A stretch of 64,000 nucleotides of DNA from Setoptus koraiensis (Eukaryota; Animalia; Arthropoda), in contig CM106586.1 in NCBI GenBank assembly GCA_048013815.1, positions 5,518,001-5,582,000 on the forward strand, written 5' to 3'. Positions 1 through 10,374 of this stretch are shown piece by piece; position 1 is the stretch's first letter, and every line of letters begins with the position of its first letter. The notes under the pieces were generated by a model. The model saw only the letters and a list, made by a program, of their open reading frames with translations. It was not told the origin of the DNA and made no database searches. Made by a program: the position numbers and the translations under genes.

Positions 1-725
1 CGGGCCGCTATTTTTCTTGGTTGCGTACAAAAGATATTAACAGGTTGCTTTCTGGTTACGATTGCATCTTCCAGAATAAATTGAGGTACTTGAGTAGTCT
101 TTCCACAGCCTGTATTACCTTGGATAATTACAACGTTGTATGCTTTGACAGCGCCCCTAATTTTATCTCTGTAATTTGAAATAGCTAATCTTTCATGAAC
201 TTTGTTACTCTTTCGAGTTTCATTGAAATATTTGTTCCTGATTTCCGTAACATCAAATTCTCCATCGTAACCAAAGTCTCTTATCTCGGGCACAGCAGCT
301 ACGGTGCTTACACCCTCAATATTCGATATCATTTCATTAGTGGGCCTCTTATCGACGAAAAAATCCAGACCACGCATCTGCGCCATTCTTCTGACGTGAT
401 CATCATCTTCATCTTCATCGTCGGTAACTTTATCGGATGGCTCTGGGTTGTATCGATGATTGAAGGATGTTGATGGTTTGTTTGGGTCATCAGACGTTCC
501 AGCAAAGCGTTCTCTATACGCATCTGCATATTTGGTATCTTCATGCGGAATGGGACATCCTTTCGATCTATTTGGCTGTCCCCAGCCGGCATTGTCCGGA
601 TTAACCTTTATTACACTCTCAATGGGAGAGTGTTTCTGGGAGACTTTTCTGAGAGCCGCATACATTTGTTGCACCTTGGGGTCTAATGGCTTTGGCTTCA
701 AAATGTCTGGCAGATCGTCAGCCAT
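1..725 (-). CDS. DEAH-box RNA helicase, N-terminal part (runs off the window edge); probably spindle-E/TDRD9
   Basis: Not in the ORF track because it has no stop in the window. Hand translation from the ATG at 725: MADDLPDILKPK...YNVVIIQGNTGCGKTTQVPQFILED...NIFCTQPRKIAA, i.e. DEAH motif I (GxTGCGKTTQ) and motif Ia (TQPRxIAA). The QPRKI variant and N-terminal length recall TDRD9/spn-E, but DHX36/57-type is not excluded. Confidence 0.85.
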   Translation of the reverse strand, partial: MADDLPDILKPKPLDPKVQQMYAALRKVSQKHSPIESVIKVNPDNAGWGQPNRSKGCPIPHEDTKYADAYRERFAGTSDDPNKPSTSFNHRYNPEPSDKVTDDEDEDDDHVRRMAQMRGLDFFVDKRPTNEMISNIEGVSTVAAVPEIRDFGYDGEFDVTEIRNKYFNETRKSNKVHERLAISNYRDKIRGAVKAYNVVIIQGNTGCGKTTQVPQFILEDAIVTRKQPVNIFCTQPRKIAA

Positions 726-1349
726 TTTACAATTTATTTTCACTATTGTTTTGCTGAATTGAAAATATATATAGATTGATATTGATTGATAATATAATAA
801 TAATTGAAAATATCTCTGAATATGTGAACGCGCCTCCAATTCGCTCAGCCTACTGAAACGGACACGCTGCTCTCGATTGGTTTAGGCACGTGTAATCTTA
901 CACGCCGTGTAGATGCACATGTATATACACGGATGCGCAGTCGACATAATCGAGGTGTTGTACTGTGCATGGCTAAGTCGTTGACCGAGTTATTGTCGGT
1001 GTACTTACGCTCGTTAGTGCTGCGGGCTGGGTTGGTTCACACAGTAAGCTAATGGACGAGCCAGCAACAACGCAACCAGAAAAGATGCTCGAGCGCTCGA
1101 GAGGCCTGAGTCAGAAAAAAAGCGCGAACTTGAGCGCGAACGTTGGTGAAGGCAATTTCACGAATCTCTTGTTACACAACCGCAGCAATGGTTACCATGG
1201 AATGTTGTAACAAGAGAATATGGCCGCCGCCTTCAATTATAGATTATGGTGTAGATTGTACAATATTATCTTATAATTGATCTTACAATTAATCGTTATG
1301 GAACATTTTACTTTGTTTTTTGTTTTGTTTTTTTACTTTATAGATATCA

Positions 1350-3920
1350 TCAACTCCTACGTGTTACTATACAACTCAAAACATACGAGCACAACAAACG
1401 AGATAATGTAACAAATACTAATAATGCCATTATGGCCACATAGAGGTCGTTTTCCTTCAAATTGAACTCATTTATCAGATATGGATCGAAATTGGAACAG
1501 TTCGTCGGGACCACTTTGCCAAAATTAGCTTGTTGATTCAACATATCGGTGATTTTGTTTGAAAAATGATGCACCATATCGGACATGTACTCTTTAGAGG
1601 CGTTGGAATAGTTGGCCGAATCAAATTCACTTTTTCCATGCGACATAAATATTTTAGCTAGATTGGTTATATTATTACTATTATGGCGATGATGATCAGT
1701 GACAGACTCGTTGGATGACGATGGAAATAACTGCGATGCAGTCATATTGAACAAGGCATTGGTTGATGGTTTATGCGAGATTTCATTGTAATCGTTAATA
1801 CCATTTTCATCTATACTATCGTCGTTGCAATCCAAATTACCAAGCATGGAATAGAATACGCTATGCAGCAACTCCGACTGATTCGTTTTAAATTCTTGAT
1901 AAGCCAACAAAAGTTCTTTGTCGCACTCGCATCTATTGAAGCCGTAAAGTGTAACAATAATAGCATCGAAGGCATATCTGAAATGAGATAAAAACGTCAA
2001 GGGCTTGTAAAACCTTGGCACTTCGGACACTCTAGAAAAGAATCCAGAGAATAACAAGGCTGGAAAAACACATAATGGTGCAGTGAAAACTGCCGCAGGT
2101 AAATTATTCATGAATATTGCGCCAAAAATGAATCCAATTGATTGAGCTATGAGAGCAGTGGTCATTAGTATAAATGTGAATGATAGGAAACGCCATGAGT
2201 AGAAACCAAATTGTCCGGTCAACAGAAAAACTACAACAGAAAATAATATAACAAATATTATTTGAAATGGTAGATCGGCGATGGTACGGCCAAGAAAGTA
2301 GCTTGATGTTTTGTACCAGCCGTTCTTCCATTCTCTTTTTACTGCCCTGGCATCCATTGGAAAGGATAAAACTGTTATTTGAAGTGCAGCAAATGTAGTT
2401 GTCATTATTGCAACAAGTAGAAAATTCAGATTCTCTTGGACTCTCCTCATCTCTAATGTTTGATCTTGAATAATTGTGTTGTCATTCAATAAGTAGGTGG
2501 CCAAACTAATTGGTTCTCTAGGACAACCACCCATCTGTCCTACTTGTGGCCCATAAAAAGTTGATAACTGTAGACCCAACACAATGTATGTGGCCACTTG
2601 TAAGTAGGTCAGCGCGTAACTACGTCTTATTCTTTTCCATGAACGCTCAAGATGAATCGCAAAATGCTGAAAGAACGGTGATTGTTTTTTCGTTCTAGTC
2701 CTGCGTACTAAGATGTGTAGATCGTGTTCAAGGGTATGATTCACCAAGGATGTATCATTTGTTGCAACTGGATACAAACTGGAGGACTTATTTCGGAGCA
2801 TCAATATTCTCTCCTTGAGATCGTGACCATATTCATTGCATGCTATCTCAATCAGCATATCAGCAACGTTAGTATACTTCGGGCAAGTCAAGTCAAACGA
2901 TGACAAATAGTTGCAGATAATATCGGCTTCACAACTACCTTCATATATACATCTACCATCGGACATCGCGTAAACCTTGTTGAAGACCGAAAATATCCTA
3001 GCTGACGGCTGATGAATTGAAACAACTACACACATAGGATGATCTGTGCTTTGAGTGAGTTGTCTGAGTATTTTTATGATGGATAGAGATGTTGAGGCGT
3101 CAAGTCCTGAGGTGACCTCATCTAATAACAATAGATTCGTCGGATATAAAATTTCTTGAGCAATGGACACTCTTTTCATTTGTCCTCCTGATAACTTTGT
3201 GACATTTCTGTTGGCACATTCTTCAAGTCCCAGCCTGTGGATTATTCCATCAACGTGAGAGCTGTGGTCGAATGAGGCTCGATGGTTCTGTAGCTTTGAG
3301 GCATATACAAGAGTTTCTCTGACAGTTAGTCCAGGTAATAAACAATCATCTTGTGCCATAAGAGCCACTTTCAGTTGTCTGAGCCCTACCGAGGTTATTT
3401 TCCCTTCATTGTGCTTAAGATGGCCTGCGAGACAGTGTAGGAGCGTTGTTTTGCCACATCCACTAGGCCCTATTAATGCAACAAGTTGATTCGAGGCAAC
3501 CTGGCCAGAAACGTTTTTCAATACTTTGTTTGCTTTTTTACTGCTATACCATTTTGGTTTATAATCAAATGATACCTTTGACCACTTTATCAGGAAATGA
3601 TCTAATTTGCTATCAGACAGATCATGACTATGATTTAGCGGTTCTCCATTACAGTTATCATTGTTTGACGAAATTGTTGTTGGTTGATAAGGGTTTTCTG
3701 GATTCGCAATCAATAACTTGGATTGTTCCAATTCTAAATCCTGGACATTGATTTTGTTTTTGATGTTGTTATTATTTTTGACTAATTCAATACTGTTTGG
3801 AATAGATTCTTTCTGTATCTTATGTATATCAACTGAAATATCTGGTGAGTTTGATTCATCGACTAGATTTGAATAATTGTTTGGCTTCATTTCAAATATA
3901 TTTAAATTGTGAGCAGACAT
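1350..3920 (-). CDS. ABC transporter subfamily G half-transporter (white/ABCG1-like), intronless, 856 aa
   Basis: NBD followed by TMD. Walker A GPSGCGKTT, signature LSGGQ, Walker B/D-loop LLLLDEVTSGLD, H-loop SIHQPS, REWKNGWY motif, and a C-terminal block of hydrophobic helices. Confidence 0.95.
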   Translation of the reverse strand: MSAHNLNIFEMKPNNYSNLVDESNSPDISVDIHKIQKESIPNSIELVKNNNNIKNKINVQDLELEQSKLLIANPENPYQPTTISSNNDNCNGEPLNHSHDLSDSKLDHFLIKWSKVSFDYKPKWYSSKKANKVLKNVSGQVASNQLVALIGPSGCGKTTLLHCLAGHLKHNEGKITSVGLRQLKVALMAQDDCLLPGLTVRETLVYASKLQNHRASFDHSSHVDGIIHRLGLEECANRNVTKLSGGQMKRVSIAQEILYPTNLLLLDEVTSGLDASTSLSIIKILRQLTQSTDHPMCVVVSIHQPSARIFSVFNKVYAMSDGRCIYEGSCEADIICNYLSSFDLTCPKYTNVADMLIEIACNEYGHDLKERILMLRNKSSSLYPVATNDTSLVNHTLEHDLHILVRRTRTKKQSPFFQHFAIHLERSWKRIRRSYALTYLQVATYIVLGLQLSTFYGPQVGQMGGCPREPISLATYLLNDNTIIQDQTLEMRRVQENLNFLLVAIMTTTFAALQITVLSFPMDARAVKREWKNGWYKTSSYFLGRTIADLPFQIIFVILFSVVVFLLTGQFGFYSWRFLSFTFILMTTALIAQSIGFIFGAIFMNNLPAAVFTAPLCVFPALLFSGFFSRVSEVPRFYKPLTFLSHFRYAFDAIIVTLYGFNRCECDKELLLAYQEFKTNQSELLHSVFYSMLGNLDCNDDSIDENGINDYNEISHKPSTNALFNMTASQLFPSSSNESVTDHHRHNSNNITNLAKIFMSHGKSEFDSANYSNASKEYMSDMVHHFSNKITDMLNQQANFGKVVPTNCSNFDPYLINEFNLKENDLYVAIMALLVFVTLSRLLCSYVLSCIVTRRS

Positions 3921-5673
3921 TGTCAGTGACTTACTATTATCACTGATTTTAGGATAAATGTTTCAGTTAAAATATCAACGATCAATTTTATTTTGATTTT
4001 TGTTCATTTTTTGATAATCCATCTTAGAGAGGATAAGGATCCTATTCATGACCACAAGCACAACATCATTGGCATCTCTTTTCACTCGGAACAAACTTGC
4101 GGTGCGATCACTACCACTTGTTCACTAACTCTAAAGAAGATACTTGATGACGTTGAGCAACTTTTCTGGACAATAAAGCAACAGAGGTTGTCTGGAGGAA
4201 GTCTCTTCTTTGCAAAACTAGTCTTCTTTTCCTAAAGCCAAATGTATGGTCTCATCTTGATCAACTGATTCTAGTGTGAGATTTCTTAGCATAGCAGGTT
4301 GTGGTAGGATCATCAGGTGGGAAAGTGTAAGTTGATCGTGCATTGGATAATGATTTTACAAGATGTTGTTACTTATTCCGGGACGAAAAGCATCACCGTG
4401 GTTATATTCACTTACTTACTTACTTCTTACGTAACTCGATATGTAATTTTCTGTCGTGCAACGTACCGCCACATCAAAAACTACGAGTCTATTGAGAAAA
4501 TCTATCCATAGTCATCTACTCATCAGGAAACTTACCGAATAAACAATGTCGCAGATAGATATGTTGTAGATGTACTACTATTGGGGTGTTTCATAAGTTT
4601 TGCGTATAGTACAATTGTGGCATGAATAGTATAATTACAACCAGTTTTCAGCAATATAAATCACCCCAGATCCACTTGATTGTCCCAGAAGTCAATTAAT
4701 TACCGCCTGAAAGTCAATCTTATTTTCGAATTGTATTAATCCTTCGTCGAGGATATTTCACCTATTGAAGTTTATCAACTCATTCACTCTAAGCATCTCA
4801 CTACTTCAATATTTTTTACAATAGTGATTCGCCTTTTTCTCACTAGCGATTGCAAATACCTCAGGAGATATGATTTATAATTCTTAACGATATAAAACGC
4901 TGTCAGCGACAGCCTTATAGTTGGGAGAGATTTAGCAGAACTTGTACATCAGCTATCAAATAATTTGCCATCCCCATTACTTATGGAACACCCTAATAAT
5001 ATCTTGCATTGATTTTAACAAACTGTTGCAAAAACTTTTATGTTTACGAGCAGATTGTTATGTGCTTTCATTGGTTATGAGTGCAGAGCCAATTTTCGAT
5101 CCTCAACAGATTGCTGCACTCTAGTACTGTTGTGATGCTACAGAAAGATCTTCAGTTCGTATCGCATGTAGTGTTGTATCTGATCATATTCATGAACATA
5201 TTGATCGATACATGATCTATAGATGCTTCAAGATAGCTTGTGCAAACAGGCTATACAATCATCTCTTGAATGGCTTCATCTAGACGACGACTGTTAGAAG
5301 TGCAACCTAATTGATTTTATGTCACAATGTAATGTTAAAATACGATAGTGCGACATAGTTTCATCCAAACTTGTTCATACTTTTTTCTTTTCATATTCGG
5401 TTATTTCTACGACACTCGCTGCGAGTCGAAAATTACTACACAAGTTATTTTAGATGTTTTATCGCTAGTTAACTTGTCAACAAAAATATAGCAATCTCAG
5501 CATAGATTTTTGACGCTACAATCAAAAGATCATGAAACTACCTCCTGAAATAAAATGCATGCAAGGGAAGCACCGTTTATGTACAGCTACTCTAAGACAT
5601 ATTGAATTCGTGATAGAGAAGTACGGATAAATCTAGAAGTAAAGATAACGAAGATAACTTCACTCCAACAACA

Positions 5674-6682
5674 ATGAAACATTCAATAGTGTTCTCAACT
5701 ATCATTTTGTACCTTGCGTATCACTTGACTGTGGTTCAAGGATACACAGGCGAAAAGAATGAAATACCTAGAGCCGAAGAATCGACTAATAATACCACCT
5801 TATGCAAGTCGCTGGTGCCGTTTAAAGAGATAAAACAAGGTCTCGTCTCAATACTCTCGAACATTACTGATTTAAAGACCAGAAACGAAGCAGCGTCGAA
5901 AAATATAAAGAACAAAATAGTTGAATTGACGGCAACTATATCTGCAGAGCCGACAACAACTGAGGTCAACTTAGGACTACAACAGTTATCAACAAACAAC
6001 AATGAGACGGCAACTCAGTTGCATCATGATGAAGTAGCAACTACGAAAAGTGTCTTGGATAGAACGGTTGAAACGAGCAACAACAAACAACTGTTCGACT
6101 ATCAAGAATTGTATGTATTCAACAGTTGGGTAACACTAAATTTAGAATATGCTCAACAAAATACCAACAATACTATGATTAGTTTAGAGGCTGAGAGCAA
6201 TTCCGGAACCAAAAAAGGGTTTGTGCAGTTTAGTAATGATACTTTGGTTGATGGTTTCGAAGGAGTGAAATACTGGAACTCAGCTGTGACATTCCAGGAG
6301 AAAGCTCTTGAGGGAAAAGAATTTCACATGGAACAATTCCAACCCGAAGGTAGTCAAAACTGAGAGTATCTTGGCAGGATCTAAGCTAATAGAGCGCAAA
6401 TGTTTTACCATATGTTGTCGTTAGAATATTATGCAATTTTAATAATAATAAACTATAGAAGGAACTTGGGATCTTGATGTTGAAGGAGCATTGTTCAAAC
6501 AAACAAATCTCAAACAAGATAAGTTCACTCGATCGATCGGCTTCCTTTTCAACACTTTCTTAGCGTTACATCTATCCAGGTCGAAACTTGTGCGACAGGT
6601 CGGAATCAAAATCTCATCCGAATGTGCCTCTTTCTTACACGATTCTGAGCGGGAGACTCGGTTAACTCTCGCTTATCTTTGA
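5674..6682 (+). CDS. Orphan secreted protein; exon 1 5674-6349, possible exon 2 6459-6682
   Basis: 229-aa ORF with a signal-peptide-like start (MKHSIVFSTIILYLAYHLTVVQG) and several N-x-S/T sites. GT at 6350 and AG at 6457-6458 join in frame (phase 1) to the 6491-6682 ORF, but the donor (GTAGTC) is weak, so exon 2 is tentative. No family recognised. Confidence 0.55.
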
Positions 6683-7383
6683 AAGGAGGCCGGATCGTTC
6701 ATAACTTGCTCCAAGTAATTTGAGACCGGTTTTATGATGCTTATGAGGCTCTGAGCTTATCTTCTCACTCATCATCAGCAGAATGATTGCCTAGTCATTT
6801 TTGTATAATGCAATCAACTCTTATATGAGATAATCGTTGTCGAATCGCCGGTATCGCTAATATTAAGTCGGTCTAGCCATGTTCATGAATCAAGTGTCGG
6901 TACTCTTTATGCGATGAATTTTCTGCACTTTATCAAATATTCGTTTTTTCTCTATTTGCTTAGGGAAAGTACACCTTTTTCTATATGCACCATACCTTAC
7001 CACCCATATCTTACCCAAGCTCCCCACTCGATATCCTGATACAAGTGCGGGCTGTTTTTTCAAAAACATTTTTCTCGCTGAAGCTCCATACGAATTGCCT
7101 CTCGAATATTAGAATTTAGTACAAGCAGTTATACGAGTTCGAAAGAGCTCAGATTTCTCTCATCGCCGGACCATTTTTCCGGTTCGAATTTCGCGCGGAA
7201 AGCTCACGATGAAGTGTGTTTCCCTTTGGTACTCATGTCAGATTTGTCTTGTGCGGATTGAGTATCCCGATAATATACTAATATTATATTTTAATTATTA
7301 ATTAAGTATTAGAAGCAAAAATTACCAACAAAATCAAGACTAACAATAATATTCAATTGAACGGCATCGATAGCAACAAAAAC

Positions 7384-8715
7384 ATGGCTGAATTCGACTT
7401 AACAGCTATTCTTGGCCAATATCTAGATAGGCATCTGATCTTTCCACCTTTGGAATTTCTGTCTGAAAGAAAAATCTATGATGAAAACGACATGATAAGA
7501 AGTAAATTAAATCTCACCAGTAACACAAACATGGTTGATTACGCAATTGACATACACAATATGCTTTATCCAGATCAGGAAGCACCGGCGGAGCTTGTCG
7601 AGAAGAGAAACGCAGTGCTGGCCAATTTGCAGCAACTCAATCTTGACAATGAACCTTTTTTGAAAATGATCACAAGTGAAGAGGTGCGTGATAAAATTGA
7701 AAACTCTAGGGATCCTAAACAACTTACTGATTCTCTTAAAGATCATGGCTTTCAATCGGAAATGTTGGACAATTTATACAAATTTGCCAAGTTTCAGTAC
7801 GAGTGCGGTAAATATCATGTAGCTTATGAATATCTATCCACATTGAGATTGTTCATCGCACCATCAGACAAAAACTATCTGCCATGCCTTTGGGGAATGC
7901 TTGCCTCTCACATTCTAATGGGCATATGGGATGGCGCCTTAGAGGATCTCAATAGGTTGAAAGAATATATAGACAGTTCTCCATTCAACTCATTGCAGAC
8001 ATTGCAACAGCGAACATGGCTCATTCACTGGGGTTTATTTATTTTCTTTAATCACCCTCAGGGTAGAGAGTTACTCACTGAGATGTTCTTGGATTCATCA
8101 TTCTCTAAGAAGATGAACACTAAGCAACAGTACTACACACACGCCCTTCAAACATTGTGTCCTCACATATTGAGATATCTTACCGCGGCCGTAATTATAA
8201 ACCGACAGCGCAGACAATACATGAAGGAACTTGTCAGGATTATTCAAGCGGAGTCTCATTCCTACAGGGATCCCATAACTGAATTCGTGGAGTGCTTGTG
8301 TGTCAACTTTGACTTTGATGCTGCACAAGGTAAATTGCGCGAATGTGAAGCCGTCCTGGACAACGACTTCTTTCTTGGGTCTTGTTTAGAAGATTTCAAA
8401 GAGAATGCGCGCTTATTCATCTTTGAGACATTCTGTCAGATACACGAATGTATTTCTATCAACAAATTATCGGAAAAGTTGAACATGTCAGAGCAAGAAG
8501 CAGAACGCTGGATAGTTAATCTGATTCGAAACGCTAGGTTGGACGCTAAAATCGACTCCAAGAATGGGCATGTGGTCATGGGCACTCAGGCTATATCTCC
8601 ATACCAACAACTAATAGAAAAAACAAAGGCTATGTCAATACGAACCCAGGTCCTTACAATGAATCTTGGCAAGAGAGTAACAGCAGATCCTGAAAAAACA
8701 AGAAATGACTTCTAA
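7384..8715 (+). CDS. EIF3E: Eukaryotic translation initiation factor 3 subunit E (Int-6), intronless
   Basis: Starts MAEFDLT...[13 protein letters not shown]; contains [13 protein letters not shown] and a C-terminal PCI domain ([15 protein letters not shown]...[17 protein letters not shown]). The true ATG is at 7384; the track start at 7357 is a TTG. Confidence 0.97.
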   Translation: MAEFDLTAILGQYLDRHLIFPPLEFLSERKIYDENDMIRSKLNLTSNTNMVDYAIDIHNMLYPDQEAPAELVEKRNAVLANLQQLNLDNEPFLKMITSEEVRDKIENSRDPKQLTDSLKDHGFQSEMLDNLYKFAKFQYECGKYHVAYEYLSTLRLFIAPSDKNYLPCLWGMLASHILMGIWDGALEDLNRLKEYIDSSPFNSLQTLQQRTWLIHWGLFIFFNHPQGRELLTEMFLDSSFSKKMNTKQQYYTHALQTLCPHILRYLTAAVIINRQRRQYMKELVRIIQAESHSYRDPITEFVECLCVNFDFDAAQGKLRECEAVLDNDFFLGSCLEDFKENARLFIFETFCQIHECISINKLSEKLNMSEQEAERWIVNLIRNARLDAKIDSKNGHVVMGTQAISPYQQLIEKTKAMSIRTQVLTMNLGKRVTADPEKTRNDF

Positions 8716-8952
8716 ACAGCCATCATTATCGAAACCATTCTATTTGAATAGAAAGCTAAAATATATAAGGATCAATTCAAAATATATAAATAAACTAATT
8801 CACACCATCTTGCAATTCCTATTTTAATCCAAATGGGCATCGTTACATGGGCTGAAACCAATCTCACAGAAATTTGGCTGAGTCGCGAGATCAATATCAC
8901 CCAAGTCAAACTGGCACTACTGGTGCAGTGAAAGTATTGGACATTCAGGCTA

Positions 8953-9618
8953 TCAGTTGAAACTGACTGAGTTCGTCCACAATTTTTCGAATTGAGCTAC
9001 AAAAGGTCTGACTAACTCCTCTTGAGATGTAACAAGCAGATTTTCATAGTTGCAAAATATAGCTTTCTTTGTCCAATTAAAACTTCCGGACATGACCAAT
9101 TCATCATCTATTACAACAAATTTGTGATGCATCAATGCTCCTGAGCCTCGTAAGTTGGATTTCACAGGAATTCCATAGCGACGAAGTCTTTCGATTTTAC
9201 TATCGTACGCCTCATCTTCGCTACCATCAGTGATCACTCGAATGTTAACATCGTTCTGATGCAGATCAATCAAAAGATCAGCTAAGGAGGGGTAACTGAT
9301 CAAATATATACATAAATCTACTTTTCTTGTTGCTTTAGCTAAATGCCAAAGTATTCTTATCAGAGATGAAGGATGAGTTTCCTCTGGTAGGCCATGGCTA
9401 AGATTACAATTTTTCAGCATGCATTTTCTTTCAGAAAAATTTCTATCTATATTCCTGAGTATATTCGAGCATGGAAGATTGATCTCTGGGAAAAATAGCA
9501 CCTCGTTTGTATGGATTTTCTTCGATCTATAAAGTCGAGACAAGATGCAGCGAAACCTGTATACGCAATAAATCGTTGGAGCGGCGATGCCTAAACTCAA
9601 TAAAGTCCAGCATGACAT
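8953..9618 (-). CDS. PLD6: Mitochondrial cardiolipin hydrolase / MitoPLD / zucchini nuclease
   Basis: Single HKD motif MHHKFVVIDDELVMSGSFNWT; N-terminal hydrophobic anchor (MSCWTLLSLGIAAPTIYCVY); Cys/His zinc-wing-like segment (PC...KCMLKNCNLSH). ATG at 9618. Confidence 0.9.
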   Translation of the reverse strand: MSCWTLLSLGIAAPTIYCVYRFRCILSRLYRSKKIHTNEVLFFPEINLPCSNILRNIDRNFSERKCMLKNCNLSHGLPEETHPSSLIRILWHLAKATRKVDLCIYLISYPSLADLLIDLHQNDVNIRVITDGSEDEAYDSKIERLRRYGIPVKSNLRGSGALMHHKFVVIDDELVMSGSFNWTKKAIFCNYENLLVTSQEELVRPFVAQFEKLWTNSVSFN

Positions 9619-10374
9619 GGTGGGTTCTTCAACAACTCGAGAATAATTTAATCTTCTATTTTGTGATATCGAATAAAAACAGTTATCAGAATGAATCTCG
9701 AGCACTTATGTTGAGATATGACTAACTCAAAATATTCTAAAAGTGCTGCCTCCAATGTCATTGAATCAATCCGTGTCGTCAATTTATCGGTTTTTGTCGG
9801 GACAATGAGTTAGCATAGAAAAGTCGTTGCTGTATGTGGTGTCAAAAGAATTGATTATCTTTCACATTCTTATCACCCTTATTATTGTAGATGTCTAATT
9901 GCGGTGGTGCGGAGTTACAGAATATGGATTAATGTGTCGAGCGAGCCGGTCTCTCCCCTGCATTGATTTATAGTTTCTCCCCTGTCGTTGTTGAAGACTG
10001 TTGGAGATACAAAAATGCACCCATCTTCCGCGCTCTCTGCGGCAGTACCTTTGAAAATCAGCTGATTCGTCCTCTTCGCAATCTTTTTAGCATACCTTCG
10101 TGGGAGTGGTAGGCGTTAACAGGAGTTTAGGGAGTCTAGGTGGGAGACTCAAAAGGAGATTTCAGCAGGGCAAATTAGAACTAGAATTATTTCTAAGCGA
10201 GCTCACCCGACCCACACTTATTTTTTTCAATATTTATTATTATTATTATCAATATCAATTATTCTTCAGTCAAATGCACTGTTACTATTTAGATATCTTA
10301 CACAGAATTATTTATGTATGTCGGCAACAACTCAACAATTGATAAGTTACTAAGACTGGATACGATTTATTTTC
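9619..10374. promoter_or_regulatory. Probable bidirectional promoter / 5' UTR region between PLD6 (-) and the FNIP-like gene (+)
   Basis: Head-to-head gene orientation and a locally CpG-richer segment at about 9780-10100. Inferred from the arrangement only. Confidence 0.45.

Noticed and set aside
195-762. Track ORFs 195-473, 329-592 and 460-762
   Set aside because: They are antisense or off-frame shadows of the helicase CDS (725 to <1, minus strand).
1191-1204. GTTACCATGGAATG resembling an RFX X-box
   Set aside because: The 3' half departs from RGNAAC and there is no ciliary gene next to it.
7181-7190. GGTTCGAATT, a tRNA T-loop/B-box-like word
   Set aside because: No T-stem pairing or cloverleaf can be built; it lies in the probable eIF3e promoter region.
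7357-7383. TTG-initiated N-terminal extension of eIF3e (and likewise 9619-9705 for PLD6)
   Set aside because: Artefact of alternative start codons in the ORF caller; the conserved N-terminus begins at the downstream ATG.
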